Shown one piece after another: positions 10,373 through 19,780 of a DNA stretch of 64,000 bases. Both the position numbers and the translations under genes were made by a program. Numbering within the stretch: the first letter of the stretch is position 1; every line of letters begins with the position of its first letter. The notes under the pieces are model-generated. The model had not been told where the DNA came from and did not search any database. It saw nothing but the letters and a program-made list of their open reading frames with translations. This DNA comes from Candidatus Latescibacterota bacterium (GTDB lineage Bacteria > Latescibacterota > UBA2968 > UBA8231): positions 3,648,001 through 3,712,000 of the forward strand of contig OY730476.1 of NCBI GenBank assembly GCA_963422735.1, in the 5' to 3' direction.

Positions 10373-11187
10373 TGCAGATCGATCGCCGCATCATCTTCGC
10401 GTTGGTTTTTATCGGGGTGGCCGTGCCGCTATTGGCCGGGAAGCATCTGCCGATCACGCCGACCCGGGAAGTGGAGGCCGTGTACGAACAGCTCGAAAAG
10501 CACGCTGCCGGGCAAGTGGTGCTGGTCTCCTTTTCGTACGGTGCCAGCACGGCCCCGGAGATGCAGCCCATGGCGCGGGCCGTGTTGCGCCACGCCTTCC
10601 GCCGAGACCTCAAGGTGGTTGCCATTTGCCTGTGGCCGGAAGCGACCGGCTTGGCCCAAGAGGTGCTCGACGAGATGGCGGCTGAATTCGACTTGAGGTA
10701 CGGGGTGGATTACGCCTTTATGGGCTATAAGCCCGGGACCTCTAGCGTCATCCTCAACATGGGGCACGACGTACACGGGGCGTTCCCGGAGGACAATTGG
10801 GGTGCGGAGATCGGGGAGTTGGAACTGACGCGGCGATTGCACTCGCTGAGCGACTTCGATCTCGTCTTTGACTTAGGGGCCGGGGATTCGATTGAGTATT
10901 GGTGGATACCCTACGGGCAGGAGAAGTACGGCTTCCCCTTTGTCGCCGGCTGCACGGCGGTGATGGCCCCAGACCTCTACCCGTTTTTTAATTCCGGCCA
11001 ACTCGTCGGCCTGCTCGGGGGCTTGGCCGGTGCCGCCGAATACGAGACTCTGATCGGCCGCCCGGACAAGGCCAACAAGGGCATGTTCGCCCAGTCGGTG
11101 ACGCACTTGATCATTGTCGCTTTCGTGATTTTTGGCAATATCGCTTACTTCGCCAGTCGTCGGGACCGATCGCAGCAGGGGGTCTAA
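10369..11187 (+). CDS. Hypothetical membrane-anchored alpha/beta protein (N- and C-terminal TM)
   Basis: GTGA start/stop overlap; APEMQPM, YGVDYAFMGYKPG and SGQLVGLLGGLAGAAEYE motifs. Confidence 0.8.
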   Translation: MMQIDRRIIFALVFIGVAVPLLAGKHLPITPTREVEAVYEQLEKHAAGQVVLVSFSYGASTAPEMQPMARAVLRHAFRRDLKVVAICLWPEATGLAQEVLDEMAAEFDLRYGVDYAFMGYKPGTSSVILNMGHDVHGAFPEDNWGAEIGELELTRRLHSLSDFDLVFDLGAGDSIEYWWIPYGQEKYGFPFVAGCTAVMAPDLYPFFNSGQLVGLLGGLAGAAEYETLIGRPDKANKGMFAQSVTHLIIVAFVIFGNIAYFASRRDRSQQGV

Positions 11188-11190
11188 GCC

Positions 11191-11904
11191 GTGCGCGATA
11201 CCTATGTCTTTCTAGGCTTTCTCTTGCTGTTTGTCGCTGTCAATATCGGCTTAGTAGTCAACGGTACCTTGGCGGCGGACTGGACGGGCTTGGGCATCAT
11301 CACGGCGGCGGGGATGACCTTGGCACTCTATAGCTTCCTCTACAAGGACAACCCGCTTTTCAAGTTTGCCGAGCACATCTTCGTCGGCGTGGCAGCAGCC
11401 TACATATTCGGCCAGAACTGGTACCCGACGATCTACGGCGAGATTATCGCCGAATGGACCAACCCAGGGGAAGGGGAGACGCCCGATTGGTGGCTTTTGG
11501 CCCCAACGGTGCTCGGGCTCTTGATGTTGACGCGCTTTTCGCTGCGCTTTGGTTGGCTCAGCCGCTATGCTTTTGCATTTTTTGTCGGGCTCGGGGCCGG
11601 CCTGACGATTCCCCGCTATATTTCTTCCTTTATTTTGGCCCAAGTTGAGCCTACATTACAACCACTGACTTGGAGCTGGGACGGGCTCAATTTGCTGATC
11701 GTCTTGGTAGGGGTCGTCGGGGTATTGGTTTATTTCTTCTTTTCTGTCGAGCACACCGGCGCGGCGGGCCACATCTCCAAGGTGGGGATATGGTTTTTGA
11801 TGGTCTCGTTTGGGGCTTCATTTGGTTATACCATTATGGCGAGGATCTCGCTATTGATCGGGCGCGTGACCTTTCTCTTAGAAGATTGGTTGCACCTGAT
11901 GTGA
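11191..11904 (+). CDS. Hypothetical polytopic membrane protein (~7 TM)
   Basis: YSFLYKDNPLFKFAEHIFVG, YFFFSVEH and FGASFGYTIMARISLLIGR motifs; strongly hydrophobic. Confidence 0.8.
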   Translation: MRDTYVFLGFLLLFVAVNIGLVVNGTLAADWTGLGIITAAGMTLALYSFLYKDNPLFKFAEHIFVGVAAAYIFGQNWYPTIYGEIIAEWTNPGEGETPDWWLLAPTVLGLLMLTRFSLRFGWLSRYAFAFFVGLGAGLTIPRYISSFILAQVEPTLQPLTWSWDGLNLLIVLVGVVGVLVYFFFSVEHTGAAGHISKVGIWFLMVSFGASFGYTIMARISLLIGRVTFLLEDWLHLM

Positions 11905-11945
11905 AGCGGTATTGAGAACTACCCTATATATATAAGGAGGGATAT

Positions 11946-14900
11946 ATGACCAAGTTTGCAGGCGTTTTTCGCGCCCTGACCGCACTTGGCTTCTTGCTCG
12001 CGCTGAGCTTGGCTCCGGCCGAGGCCAGCACAGGCGGCAAAATCGCCGGTGTCGTCAAGGATGCCACTACCGGGAATGGGTTGCCCCATGCCAATGTCGT
12101 GGTGGTGGATACCAAACTGGGGACTACGGCGGACGAAAAGGGCCGCTTTTTTATTCTCAACGTGCCGGCGGGCACCTATACCCTCAAGGCCACGTATATC
12201 GGCTACGCGGATTATACTGTCGAGGATGTGCGGGTCTCCGCCGACCTGACCACGAATCTCGACATCGACCTGACTTCTTCGGATATCCAGGTCGAGGAGG
12301 TGATAATCCGCGCCGAGCGGCCGATCATCGACAAAAACGCCACCAACGCGGTGCGCATTGTCGGGGCCGAGGACATAGAGATACTGCCGTTCAGAGGCGT
12401 CAGCCAAGTTCTGTCCCTGCAGGCCGGCGTGGTTGATGACGAGGGTGCTTTGCACATCCGCGGCTCTCGCAGCGACGAAATTGGCTATTACGTTGATGGG
12501 GCCAGCGTCCGCAACGTAATCACCGGCAGCAGTGCTGTGGGCCTGATCGACGAAGCCCTAGAGGAAATTCAGCTACAGGCCGGCGGCTTCAACGCCGAGT
12601 ACGGCGGGGCCAACGCCGGCATCGTCTTGCAGGAACTGCGCACCGGGGGCGGCGATTGGGATTTCAAGGTCGTTGCTGAGTCGGACAATTTCACTTCCGA
12701 CTTTGAGGAGCGCTTCGGCACGTACTCCTATGGCTATTCCAACCAAGTGATAACGGCCGGCGGCCCGGTTGCGGGCAAACAAAATATCCGTGCCTTTCTC
12801 GCCGGTCAGCGGTGGAGCCGGGACTACCGACCGACCTTCTGGTCGGGGTTCGAATTCGAGAATCTGGTCGATACGGGCAACCGCCAGGGCCGCGTACATT
12901 GGGCCGAGGACGAGGAAGGCAATCCCATCCCAGACACGGTCGAGCGGCTGGAGGTCAAACCGGGCAATATCCCGCACACTGGCAGCCAGTTTCTCGACTT
13001 CAACGGCACCCTGCACTTCAACTACAATCCCATCCAGTTTCGGGTCACGGGCCTGCACTCCACCGGGGACCGAGAACTCAACATCAACCCCATCAAAAAC
13101 ATCCTCAACCAAAAGCGCCTCAACGAGAGGACGCAATCTTCGAGTTTGGTCAACTTAAAGGCCATCCACCTGCTCGACCCGAGCATGTTCTACGAGATGA
13201 ACGTCAGCCTCTACAATCAGGGGCGCGAGAGTTTCGACGGGGTTTTCAAAGATCGATGGTGGGTTTACAACGACAGCGTGGCCGTGCAGCGCGCCTTGGA
13301 AGGCGGCCCGGAGTACACCCCCTATACGACCAACGGCTCGCTGCCCGAGCCTTACGACTTGAGCGGATTTCCGTTCAACCGCCCGGGTTCGCCTACCAAC
13401 TCTGCGTCGGGGAACAGCACCGGTGCTTGGTACACCAAGGAACAAGACCGCTATTGGGGCTTGGCTGGCAGCATTACCAAGCAGACCGAGGTCCACCAAC
13501 TCAAGGCTGGTTTTGATTATCAGATGTGGACGTCGCGCCGCTACTCCATTTTCAGCCGATCGATTCGCTTGGGGATCAAAGCGAGGTACCCCAAGCTAGA
13601 CGAAGTGTACCAGCGGTACTACCGCGACGAGCTCGCCGAGGGCGAGATCCTCGACGAGCTGATCGAGCTCGCCGAGGGCCTGCCTGATGGCGAAGGCAGC
13701 CTAGAAGACCTCGAGAGATTCCTCCGCACCACCAGTGCCGGCGACTTCTATGGCTACGACGAATTCGGTCGCTCCATTGACTCGTCCGACGACCCGCTGC
13801 AAGACCCGCGCAAGCCCGTAGTCGGCTCAGCCTACATCCAGGACAAGATCGAATACAACGATCTGATCATCAACGCCGGGTTGCGCTTGGATTACTTTGA
13901 TGCGGCGAGCTGGCGCTTTGTCGATCAGGCCGCTCCGGTGTTAGACGACAAGGCGGCGACCGTGGTGATCGCCGACGAGAAAGGCACCTACATGGAGAAG
14001 ACGCCGGCATACACGGAGATCAGCCCGCGGCTGGGGTTCTCGTTCCCGGTGTCGGACCTGACGGTCTTCCACGTGCAGTACGGGCGCTTCTCGCAGATGC
14101 CGCGGATGCGCGACATGTACACTGGCGGGGCGCGGCTGGAACTCGAATTGGGCGGGCAAAACTTCATCCCTACGCCCACAGCCTTTGACGTCGAGCCGGT
14201 GCGCACGACCCAGTACGAGATCGGCTTTGAGCGTCAGTTCGCCGATTTTGCCTCGTTCGACGTGACCAGTTTTTATCGCGACATCAAGGGTCAGCTCCAG
14301 ATCCGGCGCCAAGATGTGTCGGCCAACGCGGTGAAAGCCGGCTCGTTCACTTACTTGCAGAACGGCGATTTCGCCACGACCAAGGGCATTGAGTTCCAGT
14401 TCAAGGTGCGGCGGATCAACCGCTTGCAAGCCGAGTTGAACTACACCCTGTCCGACGCCCGCGGCACCGGTTCGACCCTGACATCGGCGCAGTCGGGCGT
14501 GGAGAACGACACCGACGTGCCGACGATCATCTCCCCGCTCGACTTCAACCAGACGCACCGCGGCTCCCTGTTTTTGGACTACCGTTTTGCCGACAACGAG
14601 GCGAACTCCTTCCTCCGCAGCTTGGGGGCCAACCTGCTGGCACGCTTTACCAGCGGCTACAACTTTACACTCGTGGAGGGTTCCATCGGCCAGCGGGGGC
14701 CGGAAGAAGGCGGCATCCTCGCCAGCGACGACCCACGCTCGCGCAAGCCGGTTGAGTCCATCAACCGCTCTTCGACGCCGTGGACCTTCCAGACCAACCT
14801 GCGGGTTGACAAGGGCTTTTCGCTGATGGGGGTCAATGCGCGGATTTACACGTACGTGCAGAACTTGTTCAACCGCCAGAACGTAATTAACGTGTATGGC

Positions 14901-15104
14901 CGAACCGGCAACGACAAGGACGACGGCTTTTTGACGAACCCGGATATGAGCCAGCAGATTGTCGAGGCCAGCGGCGGCTTGCAGTACCAGCATCTCTACG
15001 AGGCGATCAACTTGCTCAACCGCCAGCACTACTGGTCCACCGAAGGCGGCGACATTTACGACATCCCGCGGCAGATACGTTTCGGGCTACAATTCGACTT
15101 CTAG
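11946..15104 (+). CDS. TonB-dependent receptor with N-terminal carboxypeptidase-regulatory-like domain
   Basis: AAGGAGG RBS; signal peptide; GKIAGVVKD...LNVPAGTY; plug LHIRGSRSDEIGYYVDG; GGFNAEYG; SPRLGFSFP; C-terminal PRQIRFGLQFDF. Confidence 0.93.
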   Translation: MTKFAGVFRALTALGFLLALSLAPAEASTGGKIAGVVKDATTGNGLPHANVVVVDTKLGTTADEKGRFFILNVPAGTYTLKATYIGYADYTVEDVRVSADLTTNLDIDLTSSDIQVEEVIIRAERPIIDKNATNAVRIVGAEDIEILPFRGVSQVLSLQAGVVDDEGALHIRGSRSDEIGYYVDGASVRNVITGSSAVGLIDEALEEIQLQAGGFNAEYGGANAGIVLQELRTGGGDWDFKVVAESDNFTSDFEERFGTYSYGYSNQVITAGGPVAGKQNIRAFLAGQRWSRDYRPTFWSGFEFENLVDTGNRQGRVHWAEDEEGNPIPDTVERLEVKPGNIPHTGSQFLDFNGTLHFNYNPIQFRVTGLHSTGDRELNINPIKNILNQKRLNERTQSSSLVNLKAIHLLDPSMFYEMNVSLYNQGRESFDGVFKDRWWVYNDSVAVQRALEGGPEYTPYTTNGSLPEPYDLSGFPFNRPGSPTNSASGNSTGAWYTKEQDRYWGLAGSITKQTEVHQLKAGFDYQMWTSRRYSIFSRSIRLGIKARYPKLDEVYQRYYRDELAEGEILDELIELAEGLPDGEGSLEDLERFLRTTSAGDFYGYDEFGRSIDSSDDPLQDPRKPVVGSAYIQDKIEYNDLIINAGLRLDYFDAASWRFVDQAAPVLDDKAATVVIADEKGTYMEKTPAYTEISPRLGFSFPVSDLTVFHVQYGRFSQMPRMRDMYTGGARLELELGGQNFIPTPTAFDVEPVRTTQYEIGFERQFADFASFDVTSFYRDIKGQLQIRRQDVSANAVKAGSFTYLQNGDFATTKGIEFQFKVRRINRLQAELNYTLSDARGTGSTLTSAQSGVENDTDVPTIISPLDFNQTHRGSLFLDYRFADNEANSFLRSLGANLLARFTSGYNFTLVEGSIGQRGPEEGGILASDDPRSRKPVESINRSSTPWTFQTNLRVDKGFSLMGVNARIYTYVQNLFNRQNVINVYGRTGNDKDDGFLTNPDMSQQIVEASGGLQYQHLYEAINLLNRQHYWSTEGGDIYDIPRQIRFGLQFDF

Positions 15105-15126
15105 CCGGTTAACAAGCGAGGACACC

Positions 15127-18100
15127 ATGAGAAAACTCATTTTTACAATGGCAGCGGTGATCGGGCTGGGAGCTGGCCCGGGGGAAGCACGCGAGACGCT
15201 CTACGGCCGTGCGGGCAAGATCCTCCAAGACGAAGACGTCGTCGTCTCGACTGAGTGGACGATGCTCAACATCAGCAACATGGCCATGTGGATCCAGAGC
15301 GATGGCGAGTCGGCTAACAACCCGATCAATGGCAACTCAGGAGTGACTTTTCCGCGCTCGATCGATCAAGTCATTTACCAAGATGGCCTGATTTGGGGCG
15401 GGCGGGTCCTCGACGGCAACGACCAAGTGCTGCGCGTTGGCGGCCAGACTTATGCCGTTGGCACGGTCCCGGGCGTCATTGAGTCGAAGGGCGTGGCTCA
15501 AGATAGCGATACGGCGCGTCTGTACCGAATTCGCCGCGACTATGCGACCGCTGATTTGCGGCTCGACGCTTCCGAGGTCCTCAACAAGGGCCTGAGCGAA
15601 GTCACCGTCGCCGATGAGGAGGCCGTGCGCACCCAATACGAGCGCGACTGGATGGAGTGGCCAGCCGAGTTGGGCGCACCCTTTTACGACAACGACGGAG
15701 ACGGGCGGTACGACCCCGCGATCGACGAGCCGGGGCTGGCCAGTGCCGACCAAGTGATCTGGTTCGCAATCAACGACTTGGATCAAGGGTCTGTCGCCAG
15801 CCTCTACGGCTCTCTGCCCATTGGCATGGAGACGCAGGTTACGCTGTGGGGCTACGCCCGCACCGACGCGCTGGGCGACGCGATTTTCAAGAAGTACAAG
15901 ATTATTTACAAGGGCACCGAGAGTACGCCGGATACGGCGCGCGTTGAGGACATGTACTTGGCCCAATGGTCAGATCCCGATTTGGGTGACTTTGGCGACG
16001 ACTTTGCCGGGGCCGACATCGACCTGAGTTTGGGCTACGTGTACAACTCGATCGAGGAAGATTCGCACTATGCGCCGTTAGGCTTGGCGCCACCGGCGGC
16101 GGGCTACGACTTTTTGCAAGGCCCGATCGTGCCGGTGTACCAGCTCGACGAAGAGGGGGCGATTGCCGTGGATGAAGAGGGCAACCCGCTGCTCGACGAG
16201 AGCGCGGTGGCGATCTTCAACGACGGCTTTAGGCCCGGCTACAAGAACTTGCCGATGACCGCTTTCGTGTACTTCGCGGCTGGTTCGTCGATCTCCGACC
16301 CGGACTTGGAGGAGTACAGCGGGACCTTACAGTGGTACAACTTGTTGCAAGGCTTCCAGCCGCAGGCCGACATTGATAACCCGGTACCGTACACCAATCC
16401 GCTGACCAACGAGGACACCAAGTTCACGCTCGACGGCGACCCAACGCGGGCCACCGGCTGGAACGACGGGGTGCCGCTGCCGGCCGGCGACCGGCGCATA
16501 GTAATGGCGACCGGCCCGTTTGAAATGGCGTTGGGCGATACTCAGGAAGTGGTAGTCGCGCTCTTGGGCGCGATCAGTACGGACCGCTTGCGCAGCGTCT
16601 CCAAACTCAAGTTCACCGACCAGTTCGTGCAGGACGCTTACAACAGCTTCTTTCAGGTGCCCAAGCCGCCGGCCCAGCCCAATGTCCGCTTGGTCGAGCT
16701 CGACAAAACAATCCTCTTGGACTGGGGCTGGGACGACGATTCGATTCAGGCCACCGAAGGCGAGGGTTCGCCCGGCTTTGACTTTGAAGGCTATAACCTC
16801 TATCAGTTGCCCTCGGCCGAAGCCACGCTCTCTCAAGGGGTCAAGGTGGCGACCTTTGACATCGAAAATGGCGTGACCACGATCTTGGGCATTGACCTCG
16901 ACGAGGCATCGGGCGTGGTGCTCGATGTGCCCCGGCAGATTGGCACTGACTTCGGAATCAAGCGCAATATCAAGATCACCCGGGACTACATCCGCAGTGG
17001 TCCGCTGGTCAACGGCCAGCGGTACTACTTCACGGTGACGGCTTACAACCGCGCCACCTCCGAAGAAGCCGCTATCACTGCGCTGGAGAGTGCGTCGCAG
17101 AACATAGTTTGCGTACCGCAGGAGCCGCCGCCGGGCATCCGCTATCTGAGCAAGCCTGGCGATGTGATTAGCGGTCAGCATGTCGCCGGCGCCAGCGACG
17201 GAACGGTCTCAGTCTCTGTGGTTGATCCGACGAGTACCACCGGTCACGACTACGCAGTCGAATACACCACCGACGCCGACGGCAATACGGTCTGGAATCT
17301 GGTTGATAAGACTAGCGGTCAGACTCTGTTGGCCGACCAGACCGATCAGGCCGGCACGGCCTTCTACGTCGGCTCCGCCGGCATTGAGGTCGCCGTCTCC
17401 GGTCCACCCGCTGGCATGAAGAGTTGGGCTGGTCCGGCGATGCCGTTCGAGGCTTGGAAGGCTTCGCCCGAGGCGGTCGACTTGACGGGCGACGGCCAGA
17501 TCAATGCCGCTGACTTTGCCCAAGCCGTCGATCATGCCAGCGACACTCGCTGGTTCACTTGGGCCGGCGGCTCGGAAGGTTGGGGGGCCGAGGGCTTCCA
17601 AGGCGCGATGACCGGCGATCCCAACCACCAGTGGTTCGCGCCGACGACGGTGCCGTCGGACAGGTTGCGCACGGTGGAGTTGCGGTTTACCGACGTCATC
17701 GAGGAGGATGGAGAAGACCAATACAAACCGGTGGACCTCAACAACGAGAACGTGTCGTGGGCCTATCGCTACCTGCGCGGTGCCGGAGGGGAGCCGCCGC
17801 CGCCCGAGGATCTGACGACGACGCAGAATCCTTGGGACTTCGGCAAGTACATTATCAATACCGAAGGCCCGGGCGTCTATGTCTATCAGGAACGCAATCC
17901 GATCGCGCTTTCAGCTTGGGACATCGAGAGCGATCCGCCGCGTCGCTTGGAAGTGGCCTTCCTCGAAAACAACCAGCCCGGCGGTCTAGTCAACGGCGTC
18001 TATGGTCCACCTTGGTACAACGTGGCGAGCAATGTCGCCAGTTCAGGGCCGCGCGAGTGGCTGTTCATCTTTGACCTCGACTACACCGAGCCGAACCAAG

Positions 18101-18648
18101 GCGAGAACAGCGACATCTTGTTGCGGAACGGTTTGATCTACGATGGGACAGAAGGAGAAGAACACCTGCCCTTCATGTGGATCATTTTCTCCGAGCGCCG
18201 ACGTGAGGATGACTTCCCATCGGATGGCGATTCCTTCCTGCTGGTCGCCAACCACGTCAACACCCCAGCCGACCGCTTCTCATTTACGGTTCAGGGGTCG
18301 GAAAGCAACGACGCTTACCTAGCCGAGGACATCGAGAAGATCAACGTCTTCCCCAATCCCTACCTCGGCGTCAACGAAGCGGAGACCAGCCGTTACAGCC
18401 ACTTCGTGACCTTCAGCCACCTGCCGCCCAAGGCGAATGTTCACATCTTCGACATGAGCGGTACGCTGGTGCGCACGATTGAGAAGGACGACCCCTCGCA
18501 GTTCATGCGCTGGGACCTGCAAAACCACAATGAGCTACCGGTGGCCAGCGGCATGTACATTGCCCATATCGAGCTGCCGGGGACCGGCATGAGCCGCGTC
18601 CTCAAGCTGGCCGTCATCCAGGAGGAGCAGTTCCTAGAAAACTTCTGA
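15127..18648 (+). CDS. Large acidic secreted protein with T9SS type-A/FlgD-Ig-like C-terminal sorting domain
   Basis: Signal peptide MRKLIF...; WSDPDLG, GPFEMALGDTQEVVVA and DFEGYNLY motifs; CTD INVFPNPY...IFDMSGTLVRTI...WDLQN...VASGMYIAHI...KLAVI. Confidence 0.8.
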   Translation: MRKLIFTMAAVIGLGAGPGEARETLYGRAGKILQDEDVVVSTEWTMLNISNMAMWIQSDGESANNPINGNSGVTFPRSIDQVIYQDGLIWGGRVLDGNDQVLRVGGQTYAVGTVPGVIESKGVAQDSDTARLYRIRRDYATADLRLDASEVLNKGLSEVTVADEEAVRTQYERDWMEWPAELGAPFYDNDGDGRYDPAIDEPGLASADQVIWFAINDLDQGSVASLYGSLPIGMETQVTLWGYARTDALGDAIFKKYKIIYKGTESTPDTARVEDMYLAQWSDPDLGDFGDDFAGADIDLSLGYVYNSIEEDSHYAPLGLAPPAAGYDFLQGPIVPVYQLDEEGAIAVDEEGNPLLDESAVAIFNDGFRPGYKNLPMTAFVYFAAGSSISDPDLEEYSGTLQWYNLLQGFQPQADIDNPVPYTNPLTNEDTKFTLDGDPTRATGWNDGVPLPAGDRRIVMATGPFEMALGDTQEVVVALLGAISTDRLRSVSKLKFTDQFVQDAYNSFFQVPKPPAQPNVRLVELDKTILLDWGWDDDSIQATEGEGSPGFDFEGYNLYQLPSAEATLSQGVKVATFDIENGVTTILGIDLDEASGVVLDVPRQIGTDFGIKRNIKITRDYIRSGPLVNGQRYYFTVTAYNRATSEEAAITALESASQNIVCVPQEPPPGIRYLSKPGDVISGQHVAGASDGTVSVSVVDPTSTTGHDYAVEYTTDADGNTVWNLVDKTSGQTLLADQTDQAGTAFYVGSAGIEVAVSGPPAGMKSWAGPAMPFEAWKASPEAVDLTGDGQINAADFAQAVDHASDTRWFTWAGGSEGWGAEGFQGAMTGDPNHQWFAPTTVPSDRLRTVELRFTDVIEEDGEDQYKPVDLNNENVSWAYRYLRGAGGEPPPPEDLTTTQNPWDFGKYIINTEGPGVYVYQERNPIALSAWDIESDPPRRLEVAFLENNQPGGLVNGVYGPPWYNVASNVASSGPREWLFIFDLDYTEPNQGENSDILLRNGLIYDGTEGEEHLPFMWIIFSERRREDDFPSDGDSFLLVANHVNTPADRFSFTVQGSESNDAYLAEDIEKINVFPNPYLGVNEAETSRYSHFVTFSHLPPKANVHIFDMSGTLVRTIEKDDPSQFMRWDLQNHNELPVASGMYIAHIELPGTGMSRVLKLAVIQEEQFLENF

Positions 18649-18685
18649 GTGAGGCCGCCCGCTCATAGAAACAGGAGACCATTCC

Positions 18686-19714
18686 ATGCTTCGACACAAG
18701 CTTTGCAGCACGGCGATTCTGCTGGCATTAGGTGCCGGCGCAGCATACGCCGACGGCCAAGACCGCGCCGGTACGGCCGCCGCCCCGGAACTACTGATTC
18801 CGGTCGGTGCCCGCGACATGGCCTTAGGCGGTGCTGCGATCGCCACCAGTTCTGGGCTAGAATCCCTGCACTGGAATCCAGCGGGTTTGCCCAAGGACGA
18901 TTCCAGCGCGAGCGCGATGTTCTCGACGATGTCCTATCTGGCGGACATGCGGATCAACTACCTCGCCACCGGGGCCGACTTTGACCGGGTCGGCTCGCTG
19001 GCCTTCGACATCAAGGCGCTGAGCTTCGGCGAAATCCCAGTGACGACCGAGGCCAATCCCGACGGCACGGGCGCAACCTTTTCGCCGACCTTTTTCACTT
19101 TGGGCCTGACCTATGCCAAGGAGCTAACCGACCGCATCGCCGTTGGTTTCACCAGCCACTACATAGTCAACCGCATCGTCCGGGTTGAGGCCACGGCCGC
19201 CTCGTTAAGCGCCGGCCTGCAATACGCCAATTTGGGCGGCATCAGCGGCTTGGACCTAGGGGTGGTGCTCAAGCACATCGGCACGCAGATGCAGTTTGAA
19301 GGCTCCGGCCTGTTGCGCCGCGGCCAGATCAGTGGCTTGCGCCGCGGAGACTCCAACTACAACGTGCAAGCCGCTTCGGCGGCCCTGCCCTCGACCTTTG
19401 AGATCGGCTTGGGCTACCGCTACGCGCCTTCTAATGCGGGCGAGCTCAATCTGTCCTCGGTCTTCCGGCACAACAATTTCGCCTACGACCAGTACCGATT
19501 GGGCGCCGAGTATCTGTTGAGCAATTTCTTCGCCCTACGCGTTGGCTTTGACTACGCGCCCAGCTCAACCGACGACTACATCTACGGCACCAGCTTCGGC
19601 TTCGGTCTGAATCTAGATGCCGGGACGTTCAAGGATTTGCGCGTTGATTACGCGTACACTACGGTCGAGTATTTCGACGCGCTCAATACCTTTACCTTCC
19701 AGTTTGGTTTCTGA
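18686..19714 (+). CDS. PorV/PorQ-family outer-membrane beta-barrel
   Basis: GTAAAPELLIPVGARDMALGGA, LHWNPAGL, LPSTFEIGLGY and RVDYAY motifs; terminal Phe. Confidence 0.85.
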   Translation: MLRHKLCSTAILLALGAGAAYADGQDRAGTAAAPELLIPVGARDMALGGAAIATSSGLESLHWNPAGLPKDDSSASAMFSTMSYLADMRINYLATGADFDRVGSLAFDIKALSFGEIPVTTEANPDGTGATFSPTFFTLGLTYAKELTDRIAVGFTSHYIVNRIVRVEATAASLSAGLQYANLGGISGLDLGVVLKHIGTQMQFEGSGLLRRGQISGLRRGDSNYNVQAASAALPSTFEIGLGYRYAPSNAGELNLSSVFRHNNFAYDQYRLGAEYLLSNFFALRVGFDYAPSSTDDYIYGTSFGFGLNLDAGTFKDLRVDYAYTTVEYFDALNTFTFQFGF

Positions 19715-19717
19715 AAT

Positions 19718-19780
19718 TTAGTGGTTAGTGGTCCGGCTACTCTCGGGGCGACGGGGAAGGGACAGACCACTAACCACTAA
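19718..19780. repeat. Hairpin with 16-bp perfect inverted repeat built from TTAGTGG 7-mers
   Basis: TTAGTGGTTAGTGGTC (19718-33) is the reverse complement of GACCACTAACCACTAA (19765-80); lies directly after the PorV-like stop. Confidence 0.85.

Noticed and set aside
13941-15029. Long antisense or alternate-frame ORFs (e.g. 13941-15029, 2205-3185, 21753-23096, 34628-35554, 43067-44014)
   Set aside because: They are shadows of well-supported genes in high-GC DNA and contain no recognisable motifs.
14959-15126. Longer N-termini from the ORF track (14959, 42653, 27982, 19787, 46808, 53254, 62853)
   Set aside because: These extensions overlap upstream genes, RNAs or promoters, or lack an RBS; downstream ATGs with an RBS or signal peptide fit better.
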